Shown here: piece after piece, positions 39,601 through 50,160 of the stretch
How positions within the stretch are numbered: position 1 is the first letter of the stretch
Layout of the letters: every line of letters begins with the position of its first letter
NCBI GenBank assembly: GCA_002633005.1
Contig: NMRA01000383.1
Coordinates: forward strand, 322,951 to 386,950
DNA length: 64,000 bases
Direction of reading: 5' to 3'
Origin: Phoronis australis
Lineage: Eukaryota; Animalia; Phoronida
Translations under genes and position numbers: made by a program
Notes under the pieces: model-generated
Seen by the model: only the letters and a program-made list of their open reading frames with translations
What the model was told of the DNA's origin: nothing
Databases searched by the model: none

Positions 39601-42128
39601 TCAAATGTTCCTCAGAGCCCTTAGAAAATTTGCGTAAAAACCTTACAAAGCAAATATGCTTCGAGAAAAACTGAGGAAAAAATTTGAAAGCATGACCACA
39701 TATTGTCCTCTACTACAGAACCACGAACAATTAAATGGTCAGAAATTTGTCAATGCTGCTAAAGAAACTAAAATACAATAATTAGCAGAAATGATTAACT
39801 ATTATTAAATAGTGACTGGGAGAGAGACTGCTACAAACCAAACCGGTATCTCCCAATAAATAATTCCTCTCGAAAATGAAGCATTTGTCTTGTCAAACAA
39901 TAGAAACGAGCTTTCAAAGCTATACGCCATTAAGGAAAAACATATTGACAACGTGACTTCACCATGTTTTAAGGCAAGAATGCGCACCAATAAAACTCCT
40001 GCTGTGCTCGGAATCTTCCAACTGTTTCTGTAAGATAGATGAATACAATCAAAATGTTAGTTAACTTAATTTATTGTGATGACCTGGATGTTGACAAACA
40101 AACCCAAATTTGGGTCACACAGTTACAGTACACAAGTCACATTACGAAGTACACCGATCAAAAAGTCTACACATGGAACAATAAATATTTACCGTGATCT
40201 AGTACCACGATGAACAAACGTGTTAGGACTGCATTTCTTTTCTCACCAATCTGTTCTGACAAACATGTCTTCCTACCTCATGAACCTCAGCTCCTTTCAC
40301 TCTCTGACAGACAACAAGAAAGCACTGTACACTGGCAACCCCAAGGTACGACTTTTCGGTTCCAAAAGTTATCTTTATTTAATATTATCAAGAGAGCGCC
40401 AGGCCTTTATGCAGTGTACGTCCTGGGCGTCCAAATGGACACCCTAGCACTAATATGGACGCCCTGGCAAGGACGCCCAATGTAACATTTGGACACCCAC
40501 TGTCAATAGGAACCTTTCAAGTTTGGACACACACATTGTAATGATTACTAGGAAGCCTCTGAAGGCTCACAGTGGGGGCTCTTTTTTCAAAGCAGGAAGA
40601 AATATACAAGGTACAAAGTATATACAATGTTGCTATGCTCACATTTGGTTGATAGCATTGTAAAAGTCTTGGTCTACACCAATTTTTTATTAAAAATGCT
40701 CACTACAGAAGGCTGTTTTGTAAACTTAGATGTAAAAACCTTGGTCTATGCATTTTTTTTGTAAAAAAAATCTGTGTGTTTGGGTGGATTGCTGGGGGTG
40801 GGAGGTTACGCGTCGGAATTATGGACGCCCTGGAATGTTGGGAACCCCATTTTGGACACCCTATTTTCGAAATCCTATATAAAGGCCTGAAGAGCGCAAC
40901 ATGTACGCGTGTGATATGAGGAGATGAAAGATGCGCACATATAACGCCTTTGTCACACATCGAGTGATGCTCAACTGATCCCACAGATGGAGTTTTATAT
41001 CTGTGAATTTTTCATCTTATCAGTGGTAGCCAATGAGGATTTTAGATGCTGAAGTCCAGTCGCCACTCCTACTGGCATTTTCCGTAGATAATCCCATGGG
41101 CATGTATTCGGAAAATGAGAAATTTCAGACGTTTTAATATGAAATAAATGCCCGGCCGTTTATTCAGAAAGGGAGGCATGTCAATGGGAAGTCATAGGTT
41201 TCCTGACTTTGACATTTTCTAGTTAGACGAGTTTTTAAATTTTATGATAACAAATGCATAGTAGTTCGCCAGCACTTTGTTCGTTTTTATAAATGATAAA
41301 TGCTCCAAAAACAGAATTTGTCACTAAAACTTGATGCTTAGTAGGCTTTTAAGAGGAAAATTTCCAAATAAACGCTCCACTACTCTGGACACTTGACACT
41401 AGAAGTTGTAACACCAAATAAATGCCGATGGGTGTTTATTCGGCTAAATTTTCTGAATAAATAACATGGGCATTTCATCGGGTGGACTTATTTAGGGAAA
41501 CACCGTTAGGTATTACCATTTTGTAAAATCATTGGATAGCCGTCAGAAGCTTACCAGAAGGTGACCAAGGCGCGAGGAAAGAGTTCCGAAGAATGAGAAC
41601 TTATGGTAAAACTTAACTAATTTGAGACATAATATGGCCGACAAGTGAAATTTTATAACTCCTTCCACGGAATATGTGTAGCACAGATTTTAATGACATT
41701 CCATGTTCAATTTTAATGACATTCCATGTTCAATTTTAATGACATTCCATGTTCAATTTTAATGACATTCCATGTTTAAATTTAATGACATTCCGTGTTC
41801 AAATTTTATTCCACAGCTACCATCGAAAAAGTTTTGAAAAATTGCGGTCACGCACATCAATGTCAGAGAAGTCCTTGAAATTGAAAAGAGTACATTTGAC
41901 AAGTCTGAAACTTAGACTTTACAGTAAAGATAACAACCTTTCAGAAAAGAACTGTCAGTACCGGTACGTTCATGAGGGTAAAATTACGCTCAGCCTGTTA
42001 ATAACAACAACAGGAAGGTTGTCAACCCTTAGACTTACCAATAACTTAGCCAAAATATAACTCAGTCGCTCTGTGATGTCACTTCTACTCCAGTTAGCTA
42101 AGTCTCCAACCAGAGAGGCCTGAGACAT
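12694..42128 (-). CDS. FIRRM: FIGNL1-interacting regulator of recombination and mitosis (C1orf112/FLIP) orthologue, 21 coding exons, ~873 aa
   Basis: Phase-consistent GT-AG exons (-): 42128-42039 (MSQASLVGDLANWSRSDITERLSYILAKLL), 40027-39988, 37514-37426, 36990-36889, 36727-36590, 36148-36062, 35343-35268, 34378-34294 (..IMITTWKTLSK), 33478-33343, 32141-31990 (DDKTFQKSLKIL), 31390-31245 (or its duplicate 29392-29247), 27483-27325, 27164-27049 (FYQRVCTDMSAFIAS), 22290-22208 (LAVDLWCFLAR), 21251-21107 (YSTAEMVWIH), 19733-19563, 18656-18447, 16786-16667, 15773-15591 (HQVALEAFTEFAASTDYENVV), 14457-14305, 12834-12694. These are collinear with recalled human C1orf112 motifs (HANTWKFIIK, LAMDAWCFLARYGTAEL, LEAFTQFAEGTNHEEIV). 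A few splice choices have alternatives. Confidence 0.88.
21602..21830. repeat. Minisatellite, 32-bp unit x~7
   Basis: (CACGTGCACACAAGTAATTCACTGTAATGGGT)n. Confidence 0.9.
21970..22071. repeat. Minisatellite, ~20-bp unit x~5
   Basis: (GTTCCATTGTTCATAACACT)n, degenerating to the right. Confidence 0.85.
22830..23082. repeat. Minisatellite, ~49-bp unit x5
   Basis: (AAGTGATATTATGGAGTAyrCATACTGTTTCTGGAGTGATAGGCCAGCA)n. Confidence 0.9.
23541..23886. repeat. Minisatellite, ~33-bp unit x~10-11
   Basis: (AAAACAGTCACTTACAAGGGTCCAGGATTTTGrG)n, ending ~190 bp upstream of the nested gene's ATG. Confidence 0.9.
24076..25833 (+). pseudogene. Nested two-exon gene: signal peptide + coiled coil + Caspr/neurexin-IV-type fibrinogen-like domain; disrupted
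   Basis: Exon 1 is 24076-24556 (MKMVTKLALLLSLSLAASM.. signal peptide, CSYNLQL, heptad coiled coil, donor G|GTAAG) with an in-frame TAG at 24496-24498. Exon 2 is 25228-25833 (KTCRGWWDAGYRTKGDYIIDPDG...[frameshift ~25481]...NASPYCQQFLKHEC..WYSRDGTQMKYWGGAAPGSGKCQCG..CNCEAND..WREDSGYLTDKASLPVTQLAFGD..GPLIC), the CNTNAP-family fibrinogen-like signature. Lies in FIRRM intron 22291-27048 on the opposite strand. Confidence 0.8.
27828..28053. mobile_element. Penelope-like element fragment with ~50-bp inverted termini
   Basis: AAAATTAGTGCGTAAGTAAATAACGACATGTCTATCCAATCCAACG at ~27831 is the near reverse complement of ~28005-28050. Contains AACGTTTCG...TTCTCAAGG, typical of Penelope pseudo-LTRs. Confidence 0.55.
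27868..27910 (-). ncRNA. Minimal type-I hammerhead ribozyme-like motif (U3-A8 core variant)
   Basis: Minus strand reads TTCC-TTGAGAA-T-GGTTTA-ATGAAA-TAAACC-GAAAC-GTT-GGA. This gives a core box, a perfect 6-bp stem II, GAAA, a palindromic AACGTT stem III and a 3-bp stem I (TCC/GGA). Confidence 0.5.
28082..31960. repeat. ~1.9-kb near-identical direct duplication flanking an N-gap (probable uncollapsed haplotypes); duplicates one FIRRM exon
   Basis: 28082-~29960 matches 30078-~31900. Copy 2 starts immediately after gap 30025-30077, and both copies end in the same minisatellite. Confidence 0.9.
29247..29392 (-). CDS. FIRRM: Duplicate copy of FIRRM coding exon 11 (146 nt)
   Basis: YLRPCMTAPSIPNEYTQSIESQLMTGVKLLVGILIGDEAFRRLVLTPS with intact AG/GT. 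The twin at 31245-31390 has K instead of Q. Confidence 0.6.
31840..31990. repeat. Minisatellite, ~32-bp unit x~5, abutting a FIRRM splice donor
   Basis: (ACAACAGAGGGAAGCACGTGTATCAAATTACT)n; related units at 29860-29965. Confidence 0.85.
32843..33062 (-). mobile_element. tRNA-derived SINE
   Basis: Minus strand starts GGAGGCAGTGTGGCTTAGTGAG (A box) ... GGGTTCGAGTCCC (B box). The body is homologous to 57124-57325. Confidence 0.7.
33791..34130. repeat. Nested foldback/inverted-repeat structure with a perfect 39-bp hairpin
   Basis: 33955-33993 is the exact reverse complement of 34001-34039 (7-nt loop). Outer imperfect arms are ~33811-33888 / ~34053-34130, and 33791-33806 pairs with 34038-34053. 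Confidence 0.9.
37683..39256 (-). mobile_element. Helentron/HINE-like element with ~147-bp monomer / ~445-bp trimer tandem array
   Basis: On the + strand it starts AAACAAGAGCAATGCGAAGCGTTGAAATGCGCCCACGA (shared with 42363) and ends CCACAT..ATGTGGGTGTATAAAAA (hairpin). Contains ten CCACTAG-cored monomers. Confidence 0.7.
40400..40889. mobile_element. hAT-type MITE with 8-bp TSD
   Basis: TIRs CAGGCCTTTAT / ATAAAGGCCTG. Flanks GAGAGCGC and AAGAGCGC match 7/8. Repeated subterminal GGACrCCC motifs. Confidence 0.75.
41078..41500. mobile_element. MITE, same family as 9853-10234
   Basis: TTTTCCGTAGATAATCCCATGGGCATGTATTCGGAAAATGAGAAAT ... CATCGGGTGGACTTATTTAGGGAAA. Confidence 0.7.
41688..41805. repeat. 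Minisatellite, 23-bp unit x5
   Basis: (TTTTAATGACATTCCATGTTCAA)n. Confidence 0.9.
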
Positions 42129-42558
42129 ATTGCACGTCACACCTGCAACAACAGAACACTGTTGACAGATTAGGCAGCAAGACACTGAGAAGCTGGACAG
42201 TCAATAGGTAGCGCTGGTGTATCAGGACTCGCATACCAATCATAGATCATGTGAAACGCTTGGTAAAAGGTACTGTAACAATGGTTTTCATTGGGTGTTG
42301 GGAAAATGACACATGACAGACCTCACATCCAACACGATCTGTGCGTTGAGACATGTACAACTAACAAGAGCAAGGCGGAGCATTGAAATGCACCCACGAC
42401 AGCACCTCAAACGGTATCATGGGCATTTTAGTATCATAAAAATGGCGAATAGATGGTGCAGAATGCGTCACATATGTCAGGATATAGACAGTAGCGCCGT
42501 CTCTGTAATACACCAAGTATTTGCCAACTTTTATGAAAATAAGCTAAGGAACTCCTAA

Positions 42559-42929
42559 AGGCTCTTTCATGCTAATGTCGACGCATCGATGTTTCGGGGA
42601 GTTGAGGTCAGTACGAACGGTTAACAGTCCTGGATCGAGCATCGGCATTGATATCAACGGTCAACTTTGGTTGAATAATAACGAATTAAATTAGAAGTAA
42701 GTTTTATGTCAATTAACACATGTAAATGTTCTGAAATTATTACATTAAAGAAAGTCATAACTAAATGGGATGCATCAGCACTACCTTGTGATTACTTCGA
42801 TGATGACGTCACCTAACCTTTACTTCGATGTCCGTTAACTACCGAAGCCAGCATGAACGGTTCAGTTAACTTTGTAGTTTACAATCACGCTCCACTCAGA
42901 CCGGAGTTAAATCAATATGAAAAGGGCCT
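42559..42929. mobile_element. PIF/Harbinger-like MITE with TAA TSD
   Basis: TAA|AGGCTCTTTCATGC ... ATATGAAAAGGGCCT|TAA. Imperfect TIRs; the host monomer resumes on both sides. Confidence 0.55.
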
Positions 42930-43715
42930 TAAAATACAGAGGCAAACGTAAAAAAAAACAATTAAAACTAAGGGGCACAGCTATTAAAACTAAGGGGCAC
43001 AGCTATTCAATTCGATTGGTCTGAAACTCATCATCAGTTGTGTCAAAGATCCTTCAAAGGATTAAAGAAATACAGCTATAGATGCCAATAGTCAAAATTG
43101 CCCCTAGGGAGCACCAGAATAGTTGAACACATCTAACAAACAACGTCAGTCAGTCTTTGCATCAGGAACACAACCGTCAATTTTCATCCTTTGATTGGTT
43201 TGGCAGATAGAGAAGCAGATGCCAAAAACAACAAACATTTTTAAATGGCCACAAGGTGGCACAGAAACCATCAAACCTGTCCGAAAATGAGGCCGTTGTC
43301 GTCTCCTGAATAGAAGCCTATTTGCAGAATTTCATGAAAATACAATTTCATAAATAAATTTCAAAGCCAGAGAGGCAAAGTAAAAAACATTTTCCACTAG
43401 GGAGCAAACTTGTATTTGTATCACTTGGACACTTATTTATCATCGCTACACATCTTTCAAATTTCACAAAGCTCCTTCAAAGGGAGGATGGAAATAAATG
43501 CAAAACAACAAAAAGCAACTAAGTGGCACAGAAAACATATCTGTCCGAAAATTGGAAGGCATTGTCGACTCCTTAATAGAAACCTTTTTGCGGAATTTCA
43601 TGAACACATTAATGCACTCTGCAGATACAGAGGGAAACATAAAAACAAATTTACCACTAGGGGTATAGGTATTTGTTGGAAGCATGAAAACTTTGAGACA
43701 TCCACTTGAGAAAAC

Positions 43716-44020
43716 AGATCAAGTTTGAGTCTAATACTGGAATTAAAACTTACAAAAATTAGCGACGTTGTATCCTCATCTCACGGACTTCAGCTTGGCT
43801 TGTGACGTCATTGTTAAATAAAAGAGGCGTCTTATGATTCGATTTGTCACACGTGTGGGANGAGAAGTACTGACGTCAATGCCGCGCCGTTTAGCCAAAA
43901 CGCCACCAATTGGCCAGAATAACGATAACGTCACAAGCCAAGCTGAAGTCCATGAGATGCGGACGCAACGTCGCTAATTTTTGTAAGTTTTAATTCCAGT
44001 ACTAGACTCAAACTTGATCT
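43716..44020. mobile_element. Long-TIR (~100 bp) foldback MITE with an N at its centre
   Basis: AGATCAAGTTTGAGTCTAATACTGGAATT...GCTTGTGACGT is the near reverse complement of ~43927-44020. The arms differ at several sites; N at 43861. Confidence 0.7.
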
Positions 44021-44489
44021 ATTGGTATTTGTATGAGTTGGACACTCGTTACCGCTTGTCGTCAGCACTATAGGAATACATGTTTCAAATTTCGCAAAGC
44101 TCCTTCAGGAGATTCGGCCACAGACACAGAAGAGAATCCCCACTAATGGGCAACACACAGTATTCAAACCTGTCCAAAAGTCAACGCCAGTCATAGCCTT
44201 CTGATAAAAACACATCAAATTCTGTAAAATTCCATAACAATCCTTTGCGTGGTGTGCCAGATAGAGAGGCGGACGTCAGAAAAGGGACGTAAAAATAACA
44301 AAAATGGCCATAAGGTGGCGTACAATCCATCTGAAAATGGAATGGCATCATCGCTTCTAAGACATAGTCCCAAGCCCTCCTATTTCTCACATCCGTGGCT
44401 ACTTCAGGGGTGCAATGGGAACTTCTGAACAAATCCTTCTCCAAATGTTCAAAATTCATTTTCAGCAAAGTTCACAAGTCAGAATACAC

Positions 44490-44646
44490 TTGCATGGGTG
44501 GACCCAGGATTTTGAGTTAGGGGGGGCAGGGTATTAGCCAGGATTTTGCCTGTCAGACATTGGTACTCCCCGAACTGCCCAATGGAATCCTGGAGAATTT
44601 TAGGGGGGAGCATGGCCCCCTTGGCCCCCCTCTAAATCCACCACTG
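44490..44646. mobile_element. Short GC-rich MITE (GGATCCAGGATTTT family); inverted relative at ~53855-53982
   Basis: GGACCCAGGATTTTGAGTTAG..GGCAGGGTATTAGCCAGGATTTTGCCTGTCAGACA is the reverse complement of ~53911-53980. Confidence 0.6.
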
Positions 44647-46515
44647 ACTTGGATGTTAAGTATGAGCCTTAGCTTAAAAGTTGGAAAAAAAGCTTCAAAT
44701 ATTAGTCACTAGGTGTATAATCAGAACATTCAAAATGACAAGAAAGTATTGTGCCCATTTCTAAGACATATGCTTCCTCAATCATTTTGTGCTTTCAAAC
44801 AAAACAACAGTTTTGTACCAGCTGAGACACTCAATGATTTTGTAAACAAGTGGATCAAATTTGAGTACAAGGAAATCCTCGTTAATTTGGTGAAAAGTTT
44901 TTGTGACAAAACGGAACTAATACATCACAAACAGTCAGTGTTACAGGAATCATGTGTCGCGCTGATCAAGGAAGCATCGAGTCAATGCTGAGCCTTGGAG
45001 TAGAAAACCAATTTCAGTTCCGCATAACAGTGCTCAAAGAAAGAGGCCATGTGCTGCCTACAGAATGTATCATTTGTCAGAAAAGGATGAGGGTTACAAC
45101 TTACAAACAACAACGCAAAGAAAAGGAAATCTTCCAACTTTGAAACATTAACTGATAAGTACCTTAGCTGAAAAAAAGTGTGAATTGCAGTTAAAAACCT
45201 CTAATTTTGGACATAAGTCCGAGCTTGTCCCTAATTTATGAAATTTGTACTCAGTTGGCCACCCCAAACTCAAGGCATTGGCGACAGTTTTTACTAAACG
45301 TGTGTTATTGTACTGCTTTTGATGAATTTACAAGTTTATTTTCAGACCATGTTAAGAAAAAATGAAGTATTTGGAATTTGAGACATATAAAGGCCATGTT
45401 CCAAATTCCAAAATCAAAAAAATTCAATTTTAGCTCAGATGTTGGCGTTCCAAATTTTGGAGACGGTCCAGAACTGGAGAATTGCTAGCGCAGACTAAAA
45501 AATTGTTTGTTCTTTCAGTTACACACCCTCTAAAACAACAGGATGCATCGGAATAAACGTTTGTGGTATGTTAGACATTTTTCAACTTCACACAAAAACC
45601 ATTGTCAAAATGGCCATTCTTCAAAGGCTGAACTGCAGCCTAAAGCTCAAAATTTTAGCAAATAAATGACCTTTGAACTAATGATGTACCTCGTGGGCTC
45701 ACATGACTTGCATCATGCAGTGTTATTCCGCAGCACCAGGTCACAATACAGACAAAGCTTGGAATGACCAACGATACAAAAGAGAAAAATTTTTCAGGTG
45801 ATGTGTCATTCCACAAATAAGTAGGCTTGTGTGGTAGTAAAATTTAACACGAATAAAGTCAAAATAATGATAAAAAAGAGATGAAAAAAGAGGAAACTGG
45901 ATATCAAAAAAGAGGAAATCGAAACCAAAAAAGGAAATCATCTTAAAAGAGGAAAATTCCAAGCCCTGTACTGGACACAGTTCAGTGATTTGCAGCGGAT
46001 CCTTTTTGTCACAAAGCTCGTTCTTAAAAACATTTGGCAACTTTGAAGCGACCTCAGATTCACATTGTCGCTATACAGTGTGCTCCCAATTAATTTGGCC
46101 AAGACAGCGCAGACTGAAAATTCCAATTAAGTGATAACTTAAAGTGTACTATGAAAACCTCTTATTTGGTGAGCCGATTTGGCCTACCGCCATTTAAAAT
46201 ACACCGGATGAAATTTGTGTGATAGGAAGTATTGTAGCCCCTAGACAGCCTGCCGGGGGGCTACGTGTTACCTATATATCACCTCCGGACGTGAATGTAA
46301 TTGCCTATGTCCATTGCTGGTACTAACGAAAGACCAATTTCAAAACCAGATGACGTCGTATAAACCTAAGACAAACTCACACAAACCCTTGAGTTTATAT
46401 GTGCCTCGATCAAGGTAGCATTGAACACTTAGCCTGAGGCATCAGCCAGTTTGCATGCACTCCAAAAATAGTAAAACCTATATGTAGCCTAGGCTTGGAG
46501 GCAGTATCTAGGTAG

Positions 46516-47520
46516 CAGGGCTCGACGCTAATAAAATCGCCAGGTCGCATTTTGCGACCTAGCCAAAATCCCAGGTCGCATTTTCAAAATCCAGCTCGCA
46601 TTCGTAAATGCCAGGTCGCAAAATTTTCCCGCCATTTTTACGCGCCAAAACAGATTTTTTAGATCATCGGGAAAATGTTTAGATTATGCTCTTACCTGCA
46701 GCGTTAAATACTCACAAATTTCGGATTTCAAAATTGACTTCATTCATGCAGGTACGGCCTTACTGTTCTTCACGACCGCCATTGAAAGTCTCTAGAGNTA
46801 TTTCGCGCACGTAGCCCCAGAAACAAGTAAAGGGTTTGAGAATTTCTTGGCAAATTAAAAGTAAAGACGTGACCGTCGTTTGACGATTAACAAGGTTGTC
46901 ATTATCACTTTGGCTGTCTTAATACGATAAAAGGAGAAGCATACCTCAGTCTAAGTCACGATTGTCTGCCGGGACCGATTGCGCGCTAATGGTGCAGCAG
47001 TGCGATATCAGGGATATTGTCGTGGATATTTGGTACATGTAATAAGGACATCTTATGTGAAAAATTAGCATTTTTGTCCACCACAAAGTTTGGTAAGTTG
47101 ATCGCTTAAGAATTAATAGAAACACTGTTGTTTTGTGAAGTTTTATCACGTGTAAGCATTGGCCTGAAACTTTCTTCGGCGAATCCGGTAATTTACAAAA
47201 GTGGCCAAAAGTGTTAGCCAATGAAACGCATCAAAGATCGATTCTGCATATCCCATGTTCACGCGACTTGCTTACAAGTCATCGGGAGGCCTGTTCTCAG
47301 TTAGTGTTCTTTTGAACTTGTATTTGGCAACAACCAAATAACGGTCGGATTAACAAGAGCTGCTGCCAGGTATCTGTTGAGAAGTGTAAAAACTCAGCTC
47401 GCATTCGTTGGAAATTCCAGGTCGCATTTTGCGACTTTATACGAGCTGACCAAAATCTCAGCTCGCATTTCCAAATTTCAGGTCGCAAATGCGACCTGCA
47501 CCTCGTTATGTCGAGCCCTG
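46516..47520. mobile_element. Non-autonomous hAT-like transposon with 5-bp TSD (hAT5-like)
   Basis: Perfect 11-bp TIRs CAGGGCTCGAC / GTCGAGCCCTG, exact flanks GGTAG / GGTAG, and subterminal arrays of (GG/GC)TCGCATT. An N at 46798 lies inside. Confidence 0.8.
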
Positions 47521-48399
47521 GGTAGGTGTTGCATGTAGGCTCAGTGAACGTGGTTTGTTTGTATTTGTGAACATGCTGGGATTGAGAAAAGACCACTTGC
47601 TCGGCTGTAGCTACACTCGTCTTCAAGATAGCGCCCCCTGTTGCAATTGTACATTGCTGGGTAGTGACAGAGACATTGGCTGCAATTTCAGGAAGTCCTC
47701 AAACAAGCCAGAATTGCAGAAAAACTACTTGTTTGACAAAACTTTTGGACCACATTTTTGGCATGTGTAAGAAACTTGCTTTCAGAATCTAATATTGGCT
47801 TATCTATAGGCAGCCAGCTAGCTGCATGAAGACTATCGTCAAAATACAGCAAGGTACCACTGTGTTTCCAGCTCCATTAGACCCGGAAATTTCACACAGC
47901 CAGAGTAGTTCTGCTCGTCACCACATCATGAAACTGATATCAACATGAAGAGCTAATGACCTGCGGAGATGCATACAAAATCTGGGGGTCAACCAACACT
48001 CACCTTGCCCATTGCAACCATTTAAATGAAAAACAATCTAATAAATGTCATTTTCTTGCATACTAATTCTCCGTCTATTGTAAAAAAAGAAGGCCTGTCA
48101 TTGTTTTGAAAACAGCACGCTCTTGACAAGCACATGCACCATTCACTAATTTCCTTGCAACATTTTTAGGAGACGATAGCAGCTTTGACGCAACAACAAA
48201 ATTTGTTCTGAAATTCGATTTGCTTGAATTAAAATACTAAAAACTTGTAACGAAATTAAACCAGTTCCGATAATTTGTTGCGACATGTACGCAACCGCAT
48301 GAAAGAACAGTTGATTGAAAAATCTTCCAAAAAAGAAACTGGCCAAAAGGTGGCGCAATACAGCGCGCGGCAGGTGGTATGATATAATATCCCCTGGTA

Positions 48400-49480
48400 G
48401 ATAATGGGTCGGAGTATTTGTTGGAGTTGGAAGGAATTAAATACATTGACGACCTCCTAAGGTGTCCCTCAACAGCGAAAATGTTTCAAAAGAGCCTGCT
48501 GGTCCCTACTCAGCAAAGATCCCAAAAACAAAAAATAATCAACAGTTTCTAAAAATCGTGACCCAAGGCATCACGGAAGCGACATCACCAGGGTGTTGCA
48601 CAATCCGCAACTTCAAAGGCGCAGTTCCACTCAGGTCACGCGCCGCAAGCGGTTACGGCCAGCACGGCCGATTTGGCAGCACCTGTTACGGCTGCGCTCT
48701 CGGCTTCCCAAGACGCCCTTCCGGCTGCAGCAAAGCGGCCACGCGAGCGCGACATGACCTGGTTCAGACCACTGGCAGAAATTTGGGGGCAGCGCTTGTC
48801 CTCGTGCGGGAGGCAGGGTCCGCACACCACAGTTGAAAGCGCACGTCTAAGCGTGGCACTTGCCGCGCCTGTTCGATCTCTGTGCAGCGGGCTCGCAAGG
48901 CAACTCGATGGAGGTCTCAGTTGCTCAGCGCCAGGCACTGGAAAAATTGTCTGAGATGTCTGCTCTCGGCACATATAAACTGGCGTCACTCGCGGCAACG
49001 CTGCCGGAAGTCCGGCGAATATTGGAGTGGCCTGCAGAAATGGAGGAAGCGGCACACGCCTTATGTCGCGTTGTCGGAGTGGTTGTTCCTGACGAGTTCG
49101 GAATCCGCTGCGGACGGCTCACCTCCCCGGTGTGCCTTCTCCACTGGTGGGTTCTAGTGGCGCTAACAGACAGGTTGGACCATCCAGCTTGGGACACTTT
49201 TGTGCTCGTTGCGCAGAGTTGTGGCTGTTCCCTCGGGACATCTTGGGCAACGCTACTGACGCGTCATCTTCCCTACCAGGTTCTCAGGTTTTGACTTGGG
49301 GCGCTCCCAGACTAGGGCCAAGTTGCGGTACCTCTCCTGCCCCTGCGCTTGCTAAGGGCTTACCTCCGCCTGCGTCGAAACTGTCTCCCACAGACGATCT
49401 CTTGGAAGAGAGCGTCCACGTTCTCTGTTTAGACAGGAAGGCGGGCAGATGGACAGGGTTTAATCGCCTCGGCATGGGCA
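48400..49480 (+). other. GC-rich, intronless, apparently decayed coding segment of unknown family
   Basis: Sharp GC/CpG rise, with overlapping frames 48462-48836, 48673-48954 and 48860-49294 suggesting frameshifts. The 5' part (EYLLELEGIKYIDDLLRC) recurs at ~52241 and ~54096. Confidence 0.35.
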
Positions 49481-49492
49481 CTGTATTAGAAC

Positions 49493-50160
49493 CAGGGCTC
49501 GACATAACGAGCTGCAAGTCGCATTTGCGACCTGAAATTTGGAAATGCGACTTGAGATTTTGGCCAGCTCGCATTAAGTCGCAAAATGCGACATGGAATT
49601 TCCAACGTATGCGAGCTGAGTTTTCAAACTTCACGGCAGATACCTGGGAAATATAGAGCAAATCGGGTGGTTCCGACCGTTATTTGGATGTTGCCAAATC
49701 AAGTTCAAAAGAACATACATTGAGAAAAGCGCTCCCGATGACTTGTAAAGATATCGCATGAACAAGGGAATGCAGAATTGGTCTTTGACGCATTTTTTAC
49801 CAATACTTTCGGCTTTTTGCAAATTTCCGGATGTGCCGAAGAAAGTTTCGGACCTCGGAATAACACGTGATAATACGTCAGAAAGCAGCGGTGTTTCTAC
49901 TAATTCTTAAACGACAAAATTACCAAGCTTAGTGGTGGAAAAACATTTATTTTTCATAGGTGTCCTCAATATCAAATTACAGCAACACCCACGGCAATAT
50001 GCCAGATTGCACTGGCGCCACTGGTCGGTTCCACTGTTAGCGCCGGAAAGCGGTCCCGGCAGACGATCGTCGTGACTTGGAAAATGCGTCTCGCTTTTTT
50101 ATCGCGAAAGACAGCAAATGTGAAAATGACATCCGAATTAATCGCCAAACGACGGGCATG
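49493..50160. mobile_element. Second, inverted and diverged copy of the hAT5-like element; other end not seen (may lie in gap 51194-51978)
   Basis: Starts CAGGGCTCGACATAACGAGCTGCAAGTCGCATTTGCGACC and is the reverse complement of ~46860-47520. Confidence 0.75.

Larger units (their letters stand above)
42362..44360 (-). mobile_element. Decayed Helentron-like tandem-monomer element, interrupted by two MITEs
   Basis: Starts AACAAGAGCAAGGCGGAGCATTGAAATGCACCCACGA. Degenerate monomers include GCCACAAGGTGGCAC, CCACTAGGGAGC, CCACTAGGGGT and GCCATAAGGTGGCG. Confidence 0.6.
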
